From contig OZ251223.1 in NCBI GenBank assembly GCA_965240325.2, forward strand, positions 1,860,001 to 1,924,000: a stretch of 64,000 bases of DNA, read 5' to 3'. This DNA comes from Rebecca billardiae RCC1528. Taxonomy: Eukaryota; Protista; Haptophyta. Shown one piece after another: positions 21,501 through 34,052 of this stretch (position 1 is the first letter of the stretch; every line of letters starts with the position of its first letter). The notes below the pieces were generated by a model that did no database searches, was not told the origin of the DNA, and worked only from the letters and a program-made list of their open reading frames with translations. The translations under genes were made by a program, and so were the position numbers.

Positions 21501-24500
21501 CACCCTCACCGCCGCCGGCGCCTCCGCCTCTGGTCGCGCAGTCCCTCTTGGAGCTCGACGGCAGCGGCTGGCAGCTCGTGCGCCGCGTCTCGCCGAGCGC
21601 GGGCACGTGGCATCCTGCGACCGACAACCTGGCGGGCACCGCCGTGTACGGCACTCCCGGCGGCGCGACGGCCGACGTGACCTTCTCGGTCGCCTTCCCT
21701 CCGTTCAACGAGTTCCTCTTTGCGACGGGCGACGGCACGAAGTGGATCATCTGCACGCGCGACGCGGCGATCGGCGACTACTACAATAACGAGCTGAGGC
21801 CCATCCTGCTCGCGTCGAGCGGCGTCACACAGGCCCGGTGGTACAACCGTGCGGGAGTTCCGGAGGACCCGTGGATCTCGACGACCGATCATCAGAACGC
21901 TGCGTCCGCTGGGGGCATACTGTACGGTGAGGCCTCCACAACGCTTCACTTGTCCGCGCTGACTGCAAACAACGGCGCCAACGTGTACGTGCGCGTCCTC
22001 GCACCCCCATCACCACCGCCGAGCCCGCCACCACCGCCGAGCCCGCCACCATCGCCACCACCAAGCCCGCCGCCCAGCCCACCGCCGAGCCCGCCGCCGA
22101 GCCCGCCGCCGAGCCCCCCGCCGAGCCCGCCGCCGAGCCCGCCGCCGAGCCCCCCGCCAAGCCCACCACCTTCGCCGCCGCCAAGCCCGCCGCCAAGCCC
22201 GCCGCCAAGCCCGCCACCTTCGCCCCCACCAAGCCCGCCGCCCAGCCCACCACCTTCGCCGCCGCCGAGCCCGCCGCCGAGCCCGCCGCCGAGCCCGCCG
22301 CCGAGCCCGCCGCCGAGCCCGCCGCCGAGCCCGCCGCCGAGCCCCCCGCCAAGCCCACCACCTTCGCCGCCGCCAAGCCCGCCGCCAAGCCCGCCGCCAA
22401 GCCCGCCACCTTCGCCCCCACCAAGCCCGCCGCCCAGCCCACCACCTTCGCCGCCGCCGAGCCCGCCGCCCAGCCCGCCGCCGAGCCCGCCACCTTCGCC
22501 CCCACCAAGCCCGCCGCCCAGCCCACCGCCGAGCCCGCCGCCGAGCCCGCCGCCGAGCCCGCCGCCGAGCCCGCCGCCGAGCCCGCCGCCGAGCCCCCCG
22601 CCAAGCCCACCACCTTCGCCGCCGCCAAGCCCGCCGCCAAGCCCGCCGCCAAGCCCGCCACCTTCGCCCCCACCAAGCCCGCCGCCCAGCCCACCACCTT
22701 CGCCGCCGCCGAGCCCGCCGCCGAGCCCGCCGCCGAGCCCGCCGCCGAGCCCGCCGCCGAGCCCGCCGCCGAGCCCGCCGCCGAGCCCGCCGCCAAGCCC
22801 ACCACCTTCGCCGCCGCCAAGCCCGCCGCCAAGCCCGCCGCCAAGCCCGCCACCTTCGCCCCCACCAAGCCCGCCGCCGAGCCCACCGCCGAGCCCGCCG
22901 CCGAGCCCGCCGCCGAGCCCGCCGCCAAGCCCGCCACCTTCGCCCCCACCAAGCCCGCCGCCCAGCCCACCACCTTCGCCGCCGCCGAGCCCGCCGCCGA
23001 GCCCGCCGCCGAGCCCGCCGCCGAGCCCGCCGCCGAGCCCCCCGCCAAGCCCACCACCTTCGCCGCCGCCAAGCCCGCCGCCAAGCCCGCCGCCAAGCCC
23101 GCCACCTTCGCCCCCACCAAGCCCGCCGCCCAGCCCACCGCCGAGCCCGCCGCCGAGCCCGCCGCCGAGCCCCCCGCCAAGCCCACCACCTTCGCCGCCG
23201 CCAAGCCCGCCGCCAAGCCCGCCGCCAAGCCCGCCACCTTCGCCCCCACCAAGCCCGCCGCCAAGCCCACCGCCGAGCCCGCCGCCGAGCCCGCCGCCGA
23301 GCCCGCCGCCGAGCCCGCCGCCGAGCCCGCCGCCGAGCCCCCCGCCAAGCCCACCACCTTCGCCGCCGCCAAGCCCGCCGCCAAGCCCGCCGCCAAGCCC
23401 GCCACCTTCGCCCCCACCAAGCCCGCCGCCCAACCCACCGCCGAGCCCGCCGCCGAGCCCGCCGCCGAGCCCCCCGCCAAGCCCACCACCTTCGCCGCCG
23501 CCAAGCCCGCCGCCAAGCCCGCCGCCAAGCCCGCCACCTTCGCCCCCACCAAGCCCGCCGCCCAGCCCACCACCTTCGCCGCCACCGAGCCCGCCACCCA
23601 GCCCGCCGCCGAGCCCGCCACCTTCGCCGCCGCCGAGCCCGCCGCCGAGCCCGCCTCCCAACCCGCCGCCGAGCCCGCCGCCGAGCCCGCCGCCGAGCCC
23701 GCCACCTTCGCCGCCGCCGAGCCCGCCGCCGAGCCCGCCGCCAAGCCCGCCACCTTCGCCCCCACCAAGCCCGCCGCCCAGCCCACCACCTTCGCCGCCG
23801 CCGAGCCCGCCGCCGAGCCCGCCGCCGAGCCCGCCGCCGAGCCCGCCGCCGAGCCCCCCGCCGAGCCCACCACCTTCGCCGCCGCCAAGCCCGCCGCCAA
23901 GCCCGCCGCCAAGCCCGCCACCTTCGCCCCCACCAAGCCCGCCGCCCAGCCCACCGCCGAGCCCGCCGCCGAGCCCGCCGCCGAGCCTTCCGCCGAGCCC
24001 GCCGCCTTCGCCGCCGCCGAGCCCGCCACCCAACCCGCCGCCGAGCCCGCCGCCGAGCCCGCCGCCCAGCCCACCGCCGAGCCCACCGCCGAGCCCGCCG
24101 CCGAGCCCGCCGCCGAGCCCGCCGCCGAGCCCGCCGCCGAGCCCGCCGCCAAAGCCGCCGCCGAGCCCGCCGCCGAGCCCGCCACCATCACCTCCGCCGC
24201 CACCACCACCAAGCCCGCCGCTGAGTCCGCCGCCGTCGCCACCACCCAGTCCACCACCCCCGTCGCCGAGCCCACCACCGCTGCCGCCTCCGCCGTCGCC
24301 GCCAGCCACCACGCCCTCCGCCCCACAGCCAGCGCCGCCGCCGCCGCCGCCACGCGCGATGGGCCGCGCGTACGACGGCTACCTCGGGGACTGCATCGTC
24401 TTCGTCGACCTCGACGCCGACCTTCGACTCGACGCGGACGAGCCGTTCGCCGCCACCGACGCGAGCGGCGGCTTCCCGCTGCTCAACGCGGACGGGCGGT

Positions 24501-27500
24501 ACGGCGCCGCGCCGTACGTGCTGCTCGCCGAGGCGGGCGGCGCGTGCGTCGACTCCGACTCCGGGCTGGACGTGAAGATCCCGCTGATGGCGGGCGCGGG
24601 GCAGACGGCCATCTCGTCGATGACGACGGTCGTGCTCCTCGCCGCGCGCGCGCTCGAGGCGCGCGGCGTCGGCGCGCCCGCGCTCGCCCTGCTCTCCTCT
24701 GGCGGCGGCGCGCCCAGCGAGGCGGCCGCGTCCGACCTCGAGCTCGCGACCGAGCTCGCGGTCGGCGGCTGCCTGCAGCTGGACGTGGGCGCGGCCGGCG
24801 GGCTGGACGACCCGTTCCCCGAGCTGTGGCTCGGCGGCGAGCAGGCCGCGCCCAAGGCGGAGCTCGTGCAGCAGACGGCGGTGCTGCACGCCGTGACGAC
24901 GCTCGTCGCGGGCGCGCTCGCCGCGTACGACTCTGGCGACTCGGCGCAGGCCGCGTCCGCGGAGGCGATGCGCCCGCACGCGGTGAGCGTGCAGCAGGCG
25001 ATGGCCACGCTGATGGCGGACGCGCTCGAGGCCGGGCTGCGCGCCGCGGCGCTCAATCTGACCAGCGGCGCGCCTCTCGGTGGGGCCAGTACCGGCGCTG
25101 CGCCGCCCAACGTGTCGTGCGCGCTCGACCTCGGCTCGGAGGCGACGGTGGAGGCGGTCGTGTCGCGCGCGAGCGCGCAGCAGCTCGGCGCGAGCGTGCA
25201 GCCGCCGGCCGAGACGGTGGCGCCGCTCTCGTCGCTGGTCTCCTCCACCGTGCGCGCGACGCGGTCGTTCGTGCAGCCCGCTGCCGCCGCGGTGCGCGCC
25301 TCGCCCAACGCCACGGCCAACGCCACCGCCGCCGCGTCGGCCTACGTGCAGCGCGTGAGCGCGGGCGCTCGGCTCGTGCAGTCGACGCTGCTCGCGATGG
25401 TCGCGCCGCCGCTCGCGACGCTGGGGCGCGAGATGCGCGCGCAAAACGCGACGTCTCCGCCGCTCGCTGGCGCGAACACAAGCAACGCCACGGCGCTCAA
25501 CGCAACCGATGGCACGCCTGCCGCCGGCGGCGGCGCGGGCTCGTCCGCGCTGCTCGCCTCGACGGTGGCCGCTCTGCAGGAGATTGCAATCTCGGTGGGC
25601 GTGGCCGATGGCACTACCGGCACGCCCGCCGCGCTCGAGAGCGAGCTGGGCAGCGTGGCGCCAGCTGGCTGCCCGCCGACGGCGTGGTGTGCGGCGCTCG
25701 CCGCCGCGCTGCACCCGCCGCGGCTGCTGCGCGCGCGCTTCAACGGCCAGGCGACGGCGCTGCGGCTGCAGTTTGACGCGCAGCCGACCGACCGCGCGGG
25801 CATGGCGGCGGGCGTGCAGCCGTGCAGCATTGTGCTCGACGATGCGACGCTCGCGCGCGTGCGCGGCGCGGCGGAGGCGGAGCCGGGCTGCTTCTGGGAG
25901 GACGACAGCACGCTCGTCGTGCAGCTGGACAGCCGCACCGCTCTGCTCCCCGGCGATGCCGTGGGCATCCGCGCCGACGCGCTGCGGCCGCGCGGCAGCG
26001 CGCAGCCGTGCCCGCACGAGCTGTGCGCGCCCGCGGCGCAGGTGACCATCCCGGCACAGCCCGCGGCGGCGTGCGTCGGCGGATGCCCGGTGCCCGTGGC
26101 GGTGCTCGCGGGGCCGACGACGGTGTCGTCCTGCCCGTATCAGCCCATTCTGCTGCGCTCGACCGGCTCATCCGCCGGCGGCGTCGCTGCGCCCGAGTAC
26201 TCCTGGTCCGTCAACGCGACGGGCGCGGCAGCGCTCGCGCCCGCCGCCGCGGCGGCGCTCGTCTCTCGAGTGGCGGCGGCGCGCGGGCCGAGCCTGAGCG
26301 TGGAGCTGCCGCCGGGCGCTGAGTTTGCCTTCGAGCTCCGGCTCGTCTCGTTCCTCGGCTTCGCCTCCGCGCCCGCCGCCGCCACCGTCGTCCGCACCGC
26401 CTCGCTCTCGCCGACGGTCGTGCTGCTCGGCCCGGCGGTGCAGACGGTGGCGCGGCCGGGCGCACAGCACGTGCTGCTCGTGCGCGCCGAGCCTGCGTCG
26501 TGCTGGCCGGCGGCGACGTCGCGTCAGATTCAGTTCCAGTGGGCTGTGCGCGCCGCGCAGCCCGCCGACGGCTCCGCCGGCCCCACGCCGCCGCCGCCCT
26601 TCGACGCGGCGACGGCAGGCACGCGCGCGCAGCTCGAGTTGGCTCCCTTCTCGCTGCGTGCCGGCTACCGGTATGAGCTCGAGCTCACGGCGACGATGGC
26701 GGCGGACGCGGCGGCGAGCGCGAGCGCGCGTGTGGAGCTGCTCGTGGGCACGGCGCCCGTCCGCGCCGCCATCGCCTCGGGCGACCGCACCGCCTCGCTC
26801 GAGGCGGACGCCATCGTGTTTGACGGCTCGGCCTCTGCCGACGGCAACACGGGCGGCTCAGACGGCCTTGCCTTCGCGTGGACGGTCGTGAGCGCGGGCG
26901 GCGGCAGCGACGAGCCGCCGCCGCCGCCGCTCGCGTCGGTGTCCGGCACGGCTTCGAATGCGTCGTACTTCTCGCTCGCGCCCGCTCAGCTCGGCCTGGC
27001 CGCGGGCGAGTACGACGTCCGCCTCGCCGTCTCGAGCGCGGACGGGCGCGCGGCCACGGCCAGCGTGCGGCTCACGCTCGTGCCGGGTGCTGTGCCGCAG
27101 CTTGCGCTGGCGCTCAGTGGGGACGGGCGCGGGAAGTACAACGAGGCTTGGGACTCGCCCGGCGAGTCCATCTCGGTGCTCGCGACGCCGGACATCGGCG
27201 TGCCCGCGGCCGAGGCCGCTGACGAGCCCGCCCTCGCGTACCGCTGGAGCGTCGCCGAGATGGTCGACGGCGTGGCCGCGCCCGCGCGCCGCGCCGACGG
27301 CCGCCCGCTCGACCTCGCAGACGCGCGCACGGCCACGACGACGGGCGACGCGAAGCGCGCTCTCGTCTTCCGGCCGGGCGTGCTCGTCCCCGGGGTGACG
27401 TACGCGCTCACGCTCGAGGTGACGGGCGCCGCGAATCCCGCCGTCTCGCGCCTCGTTGTCGTGATGAATCGCCCTCCCTACGGCGGCACCCTCGTGGTGT

Positions 27501-30500
27501 CGCCCGCCGCGGCGCGCGCGTTCGAAAACGTCGCGCTGATGGCGGCCGGCTGGACGGACGACGAGGCTGAGGATCTGCCGCTGCGGTACGCGTTCGGGTA
27601 CGTGCGGGCAGGCACAGCGGCCCAGCAGCAGCTCACAGCCGCGTCCTCGCTCGAGCCCTCCGCCTCCGCCGTGCTGCCCGAGGGCGAGCACAACGCGACG
27701 CTCGCCGTGACCGACCAGTTTGGCGGCGTGGCGAGGGCGAGCGCGCGCGCGCGCGTGCTGCCGCTGCCGCCGGCCAACCGCACAGCGGAGGCGGCGGACA
27801 GGCAGGTGAGCGCGGCGCAGAGTGCGCTTGACGAGGGCGATGCCAACCTTGCGCTGCAGCTCGTCGTCGCCGTCGCAGATGCCATGCTGCCCGCCGTCAC
27901 CGTGGCCAACGCCACCGACGCACGCGCCCTCACCGCCAGCCTGTTGTCACTCACGGCAGCGCTCGCAGCCGCTGGCGTGGCTGAGCTCGACGGCGGGCGG
28001 GCGGCGTTGTCGAATGCGGTCGCCTCGGCGCTCGCCGAGCCACGCGCGCTCTCCGCCGACTCGCAGCTCGACGGCCTCGCGCAGCTCGCCGCCCTCGTCG
28101 AGGGCGCGCCGTCGGCAGTCGGCATTGACGAGACGACCTCTGTCAATGTCGGCCGCGGCATTGACTCGGTCCTCGTCGCAGCCGCTCCCGGCGGCGGCGG
28201 CACCGGCACCTCGCCGAGCGCGGGGGCGGGGCTGGCGATAGACGAGGCAGTGCGGGGCTCCGCACGCACGCTCTCCGACGGGCTGCTCCTCGGTGTGCTC
28301 CCGGGCGAGCGCGCGCGCGACTTTGTCGGCGAGCGGCTTAGCCTGAGCTCGGCGCGAGAGTTTGCCGCCTCGGTCGAGAACTCGACCGTCGATGTGGCCG
28401 GCGGGCGCGGCACGGTGAGCCTACCGGTGGGCGTGCTCGGCGGCAGCTCGGTGAGCGGCGACGCGGTGGATGTGCAGCTCGTGCTGCTCCAGCGCAACGT
28501 GCACGACGACCCGCGAGACCGCCCGGGCGACCTTGCCGTCGCGCGCGGCGGCGGCGGCATCCAGTACGGCCTGGGCGAGCAGCGCGCGCTCTACTCGCCG
28601 CTCTTCGGCGTGACGCTCGTGGACGCGCGGTCGCGCGCGCCGTTGTGGATTCGCGGGCTGTCGACGTCGATCACCATCACCATCCCGCTGCTCGGCGTGG
28701 ACGAGCTGCCGTCGCTCGGCGACTCGCCGCGCGCCACCGGCGTGTGCGCGGACGCGAGCGAGTGCGCGCCGCCCGGCGACGAGCCGCGCGGCAGCTGCAT
28801 CGCGCCGCCGGAAGTCAACGCCTCCGCTGGCGACAGCGGAGGCGGCGGCGGCGGTGCATGCGAGTGCAACGCGGGCTTTGCGGGGGCGGCGTGCGACGAG
28901 CTGCAGACCTGCCACTTTTGGAACGAGACCTCGCGCCGCTGGTCCTCCGAAGGCTGCCGCGCCGTCGGCGTGAGCGCCGGCGCGCTCGTGTGCGCGTGCG
29001 ACCACCTCACCGACTTCGTCGCCCTCGGCGTCGCGATCGAGAGCGTCGCGGCGGGCGAGGACTCGGGCGAGGTCGCAGTGAACCGAATCGAGACTGAGGG
29101 CTTCGAGGGCGAGTCGCCGAGCGGCGTGGTCCAGGAGGTGGCCGGGCGGCTTGCGGCCAACTTTTGGGGCGTGGTCGTCGTGTGCGTCGTGCTCGGGCCG
29201 ATGCTGCTGCTGCTCCTCGTCGCGCACCGCGTCGACCTGCAGATCGAGCGGCAGCCGTCGGTGCCGCAGTGGAAGCTGCGCGCGGCAAAGTCCATCTGGT
29301 GGCGCGCGGGGGCGCACATGCTCACGCGCTCGACGCTCACCTCGTGGCTCACGCGGCTGCCGGGCGACCCGGTGAGCGCGAAGATGCGCGTGCTGCTGCT
29401 GATGAACGTGACGCTGGTCGAGCTCTTCGTGATGGCGCTCTTCATCGGCCAGGAAGAGGACCTCTCCGCGACGCAGCTGATCGTGAGCGTGGCGGTGGGC
29501 ATCGCGTCGGGCTACCCGTACGAGGCCTTCTTCCTCGAGCGGCTCCTCGAGTGGAGCGTGCGCAGGCGCGGGCTGCTCGAGGAGCGGCCGGACGGCGTCG
29601 ACCCGGCGGACGCGCAGACGCGCCGCGCCGCGCTGCGCATGGCGGAGGTGATCGAGCCGACGAGCGCAGCGAGCGGCGCGGCCGCCGCGGCGGCGGCAGC
29701 ACGGGGCGCGGTGCAGGGCACGGCCCACGCCGCGGCGCACGACGCGCACCTCGACCGGCACCGCGCCCACCAGCCCAAGGGCAGTGAGACAGACAGTAGC
29801 GAGCCCGTCGCGCACAAGGTGCGGTATGTGCGGCCTCAGAACGTCAAGCTGATCGAGGCGGACGTGACGGCGGCCGACGAGACGGCGGGGGAGGAGACCA
29901 TCGGCACGCCCTCGCCTCCGCCCTCGCCGAGCGCGCAGCCCTCACCCATGCCTCTGCCCCGGCCCCAGTCCCTCGGAGTGATGGCCTACCTCGGGGGCGG
30001 CCCCACTGAGGCGCACCCGCCGTCGCCCAGCCCGCGGCCCTTGCCCTTGCCTCGGCCGCAGTCGCTCGGCGGGATGGCCCACCTCGGCGGCGCCTCCGCC
30101 GCGTCGCCGGTCGTGCCGCGCCGCGCGGCGGATTCGGGCGCGCGTGACAGTAGTGGCGCGGGGGCGAAGCCGCGCGCGCGCGTGCGCCGCGCGAGCTCGG
30201 TGATTGATCTGGGCCTTGACCTGGGCCTGACGATGGTCAGCGACGCCGACCTGCCGCCGGGCGCGATGGCGGTGAGCATGCCCGACCAGGCGCTCATCTC
30301 CATCCCGACGAACGAGGGGCAGATCGTCGGCTTCTTCGTCGCGCGCACGTGGCAGGAGACCGTGATCAAGACGGTGATCCCTCCGCCCAACAGGCCGTCC
30401 ATCCTCTCCGAGATGGCGGGCGTGCGGCTCCACTTTGACCGCGGGCAGCACGAGCTGCTGGAGGAGGCGCACCGCACGCTCGACTTCCACGACGGCGTGC

Positions 30501-31384
30501 CCGACGTGCGCTTCGTGCAGGCCGAGCGCGTGTACCGCCGCACCCCGATCCCTGCGGAAGAGGCGCAGCGCACGTACGGCCTCGTCAGCATGCGCACACA
30601 CGCGCGGCGCGGCTCAATGACGGCCGGAGGTGCGGCCAACAGGGCGCGTCGGGGCAGCCTGACGGCCGGCCTGGGGCTCGGAGGAGACAAGGAGAGCGTG
30701 CCGATGGTCAAGATGGTGCAGGTGGTGCACCTCACCAGCCCGTACATCGACGGCCGCCAGATCCTGCCCGCCGACGTGATCGCGCAGTCCAACGTGGCCG
30801 CTGTCGCCGCCCTCGAAGCATACAACCAGGGGTCCGCCCACGCGCACAGCCACCGCCACCGCCGCGGGCACGGGCGCGCCGCGGACGCCGAGCTCGGCGA
30901 GGCCGAAGCAGCGGCCGCGGGGATGGGTGCAGCGGCCGCGAGCGCGCACGCCGAGCCGGTGACACGGCATCGCGTGCACGAGCGCGTGCGCCTCACGCGC
31001 TCCGAGCTGGAGCACGCGCAGTGGTGGTCGAACAAGCCGAAGAGGTGGAAGCTGCGGACGGCGACCACGGTGAACGTGCTCCTCATCTGCGCCGTGGCGT
31101 GCCTGCTGCTCGCCTTCTCCATCCTCGGCGGCGCGGGCGTGCGTGACCCCGACCTGTGGCGGCAGGAGATCCTGGTCGCGTGGCTCATCGAGCTCGGGTT
31201 CAAGCTCGCGCTCATCGAGCCGGGCGTCGTGCTCGCGCGGCTGATCATCGACCTCTTTGTGAGGACGTGCGTGCCAGAGGCGTACCGCGACTGGGCGATC
31301 GAGGTGTTCGTCGAGCCGTTCCTCCACCAGCTGCGCAAGCCGAAGAAGCTCATCAGAGATATCCTCGGCTTCGACTTGTGCTAG
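18426..31384 (+). CDS. Giant polycystin-1/REJ-like GPS receptor, paralogue 1; join(18426..18944,19064..31384), 4279 aa
   Basis: Signal peptide MPVLAACLFLLPIGAA. The intron gtgcgt..gcgcag restores GDV|DGDG. Two FG-GAP/DxDGDG propellers (~18470-19740, ~19890-21200), a fibrinogen-like module (~21540-22000), (SPPP)n, DGYL..FVDLDAD..EP..TD, REJ (NRPPYGGTLVVSP..GWTDD..LPLRYAFGY), EGF (CECNAGFAGAAC), GPS CHFWN..WSSEGC..CACDHLTDF (28910-29017) and five hydrophobic helices. Confidence 0.9.
22004..24352 (+). repeat. Coding 12-bp minisatellite encoding (SPPP)n, ~780 aa
   Basis: ccgagcccgccg units with recurring higher-order codon blocks (ccaccaccttcgccgccgccaagc). Confidence 0.95.
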
Positions 31385-31556
31385 CTGGGCGTGCCCTGCT
31401 GCACGCGCGTCAACACGACGGCGCCGTGGGCCGGGTATGCGCACGCGCACACCGCCGAGTGCGGCGGGGTGATTTGCGAATACTGTACCAGGTATGAAAC
31501 GCGTGGTGGGCTTGCCACATTCTGATGAAGATCTGCTCCCTCACCCGCTCCCGCGC

Positions 31557-32371
31557 TCCACCGCGCGCAGACGCTTGCGCAGCAGGATTGTGTTTGCAAG
31601 GCTCTCGAGCAGCAACGTCGGCGCAGCAGCAACCGGGTGCCTCACCGGGGCTGTGTGCTTGTTGCCGACATCACTCATCGTCAGTCGAGGCGCCCTCACT
31701 CATCAATCTCATCATGATGCTGATGAGTCTGTTGACTACTGTATAATACTGTCAGTGTCGTCAATTGTCGTCAGCAGCGCGCAGTCAAATAAGCCGCGCA
31801 AAGCGCGCACGCTGCGCTGCTGCCTGCTGCCATCACATGCATAGAGAGACGACGAGAGACGATAGAGCGCACGCAGAGAGCTACTAGCAGAGACTCATCA
31901 TCGTCATCGAGAGAGAGTAGAGGCGCGATAGATCGATCGCGACGAGTATAGTCAGCACATTGCGCCGCCATCGGTTAAGATGTTTGAGTAATCTAGCTTA
32001 CGACTACGAGTACGAGGCCCGCTGCTGAGCTGCTAGCGCGCAGCATTCTACTATGAGCATCATACACCAGCTAGCTGCTCTATGAAGCCTGACGAGTAGC
32101 GCTGACGACAAGCTCAGAGCTATCGTGGCCTGCGCCACTGCCAGCAGCTTGAAGTCTGCTGCATGAAGACTGCCCGCCGCGTTGTCATCATCATTCGTCT
32201 GCTTGCGCAGCAGGATTGTGTTTGCAAGGCTCTCGAGCAGCAACGTCGGCGCAGCAGCAACCGGGTGCCTCACCGGGGCTGTGTGATTATTGCCGACATC
32301 ACTCATCGTCAGTCGAGGCGCCCTCACTCATCAATCTCATCATGATGCTGATGAGTCTGTTGACTACTGTA
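31557..32371 (+). repeat. Duplicated 3'-intergenic unit R (~1.3 copies, resumes at ~34053-34165)
   Basis: Matches 51680-51944+56989-57768 and 57769-58484. Second unit is interrupted at 32372. Confidence 0.85.
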
Positions 32372-34052
32372 CAGTTTATTTGTTTTAACGTGCGTAAGGC
32401 TCACGGTGGCAGGTTGCCGCGCCATCCTTCATCGCACGCTCTCCGAAGAGAGACCTGGAAACTGGGGGTATGGCGGGCCGTAGGTCCGCCCCTTGTAGTG
32501 CCCGGGAAAAAGATAAGAAAAAGAAAAGGAAAAAAGAAAATCGTCTCGCAAAGAAAAGAAAATCGCCTCGCTCACTGCCGGATCGCTTCGCTCACTACCG
32601 GGCGCCCTCGCAGCTCCCGGTGGGGACGCTCGGCCGAAAACATCTCGGCCATGGCGCGGAGCGCGTGGGCGGCGCGCGCCAAATCCAACGCCGGCGTGGA
32701 CATCGCGCGGGGATTCCCGAGACGTGCTTTCGCCCGATTCGCGATTGCTGCCCTCGTCGTCTCGCGTGCAGGTCGAACGAGGGCCAAATCGACCCGATTG
32801 GAGCAGTACGCTCGGTGCGTCGACACGATCGTGCGACCTGGGGCGATCCTCGCCCGACGTGCACGTCGAAAGCTCGCACCGGCCATAGCATCATGCGCTG
32901 CGCACGATGACCGCCTCGCGCGATCCACCGTCGCGCGTCGGGCTCGGTGCGAGAAAGCCCTCATCACGAGGCGTCTCGCGGGCGGGAAGCGCCATCGCAC
33001 GCGACGACGCAAGATTTGGCGCGGCCTCTGAACTCGATCGCCGGAATCCGCGCACCGGACTCAGTCATTGCTCGCGGTCCGGTCCCTCAGCCGAAGCCCA
33101 CGTCCGGCCTGCATGGCGTCGACGGTGACCAATGCGACGGAAGCGCAGCGCCAACGGCGTACGACGCGCAGCGGACGCACCTCCCGGGTCTGTCGCCGTG
33201 GCAGCAACCGCGTCATCGCGAGTTGGCGACCCTCGCCGCAGCGCGACACAGACAAGCCCGTGATGCCATCCGCAGAGAGATGAATCGTCGAGCATGCAAC
33301 ATCGACGCGCCATCCTCGTCCATGGCGCAGGCGCTGCGGGACGAGGCGGAAGTCGTCACGCCGGTGACGGATGCGCTGCGATTCGTGTGCCCGCGTGAGC
33401 AGCGCTTGCTCACTCTCGATCGCGAGTGGCACACGCTGTCGCTGTGCGCGCGCGCGCGCACAACCAACAGCTCCGAGCACGCGAGCGCCAGACCTGTCGA
33501 AGATGCGAAGAGCGACGACCGCGTGAACGTCAACGCGCTCGTGCTCAGCGTGGTGGCCGTGTACGACGTCAACGCGACCTGCGCCGAGCCCATCATGCCT
33601 GGAGCCGACATCGACAAGCATCCTCGCGACGACCGCTCTCGGCTGGCGGCAGGAGGACATGCACATGATCTACTCTGGCGGCTTGATCTACTCTGGCGGC
33701 TTCGTCGGCGGCGAGGCGCTCGATTACGCCATCGCGGTCGACATGCGGCACATACAGCGCGTACCCGCGCTCGCGCGGAGCAACGGGCTACCCGCCCCGC
33801 CCCGTGCTGCACATTCCCTCGTGGGTGTGGGCCTCGCTGATGCGCATACAATACTCTAAGAGAGTACACAGACCGTGAGACGTGTGTACATCACGTCGGG
33901 GAGCCAACTTCACGTGTCACTGGTCCTTGCACTCGACTGTCCGTCACCCACGGCCACGAGCGAATGTGGAAAGACACGAGCCCGCAAAGGATACATTGCG
34001 ACAGCACTGGCACGGCCCGCCGACCCCCCCGCCCGCCAGGGCACAGTACACA
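32372..34052. other. ~1.7-kb insertion of unknown class in unit R, with degenerate coding-like segments
   Basis: R sequence stops at ctactgta (32371) and resumes near taata..gtgtcgtcaattgtc. It is absent from the other R copies. There is an A-rich tract at 32507-32560 and no convincing TIR/TSD. Confidence 0.55.

Noticed and set aside
21825-24353. Minus-strand (GGGL)n and (AAGS)n ORFs, also at 15813-18296 and 41826-44482
   Set aside because: They are stop-free reverse frames of the SPPP repeat.
31495-31740. Hammerhead-like gaaac..ctgatga and ctgatgagtctgttgac
   Set aside because: The first lacks NUH and a proper stem II. The second lacks the GAAA after stem II.
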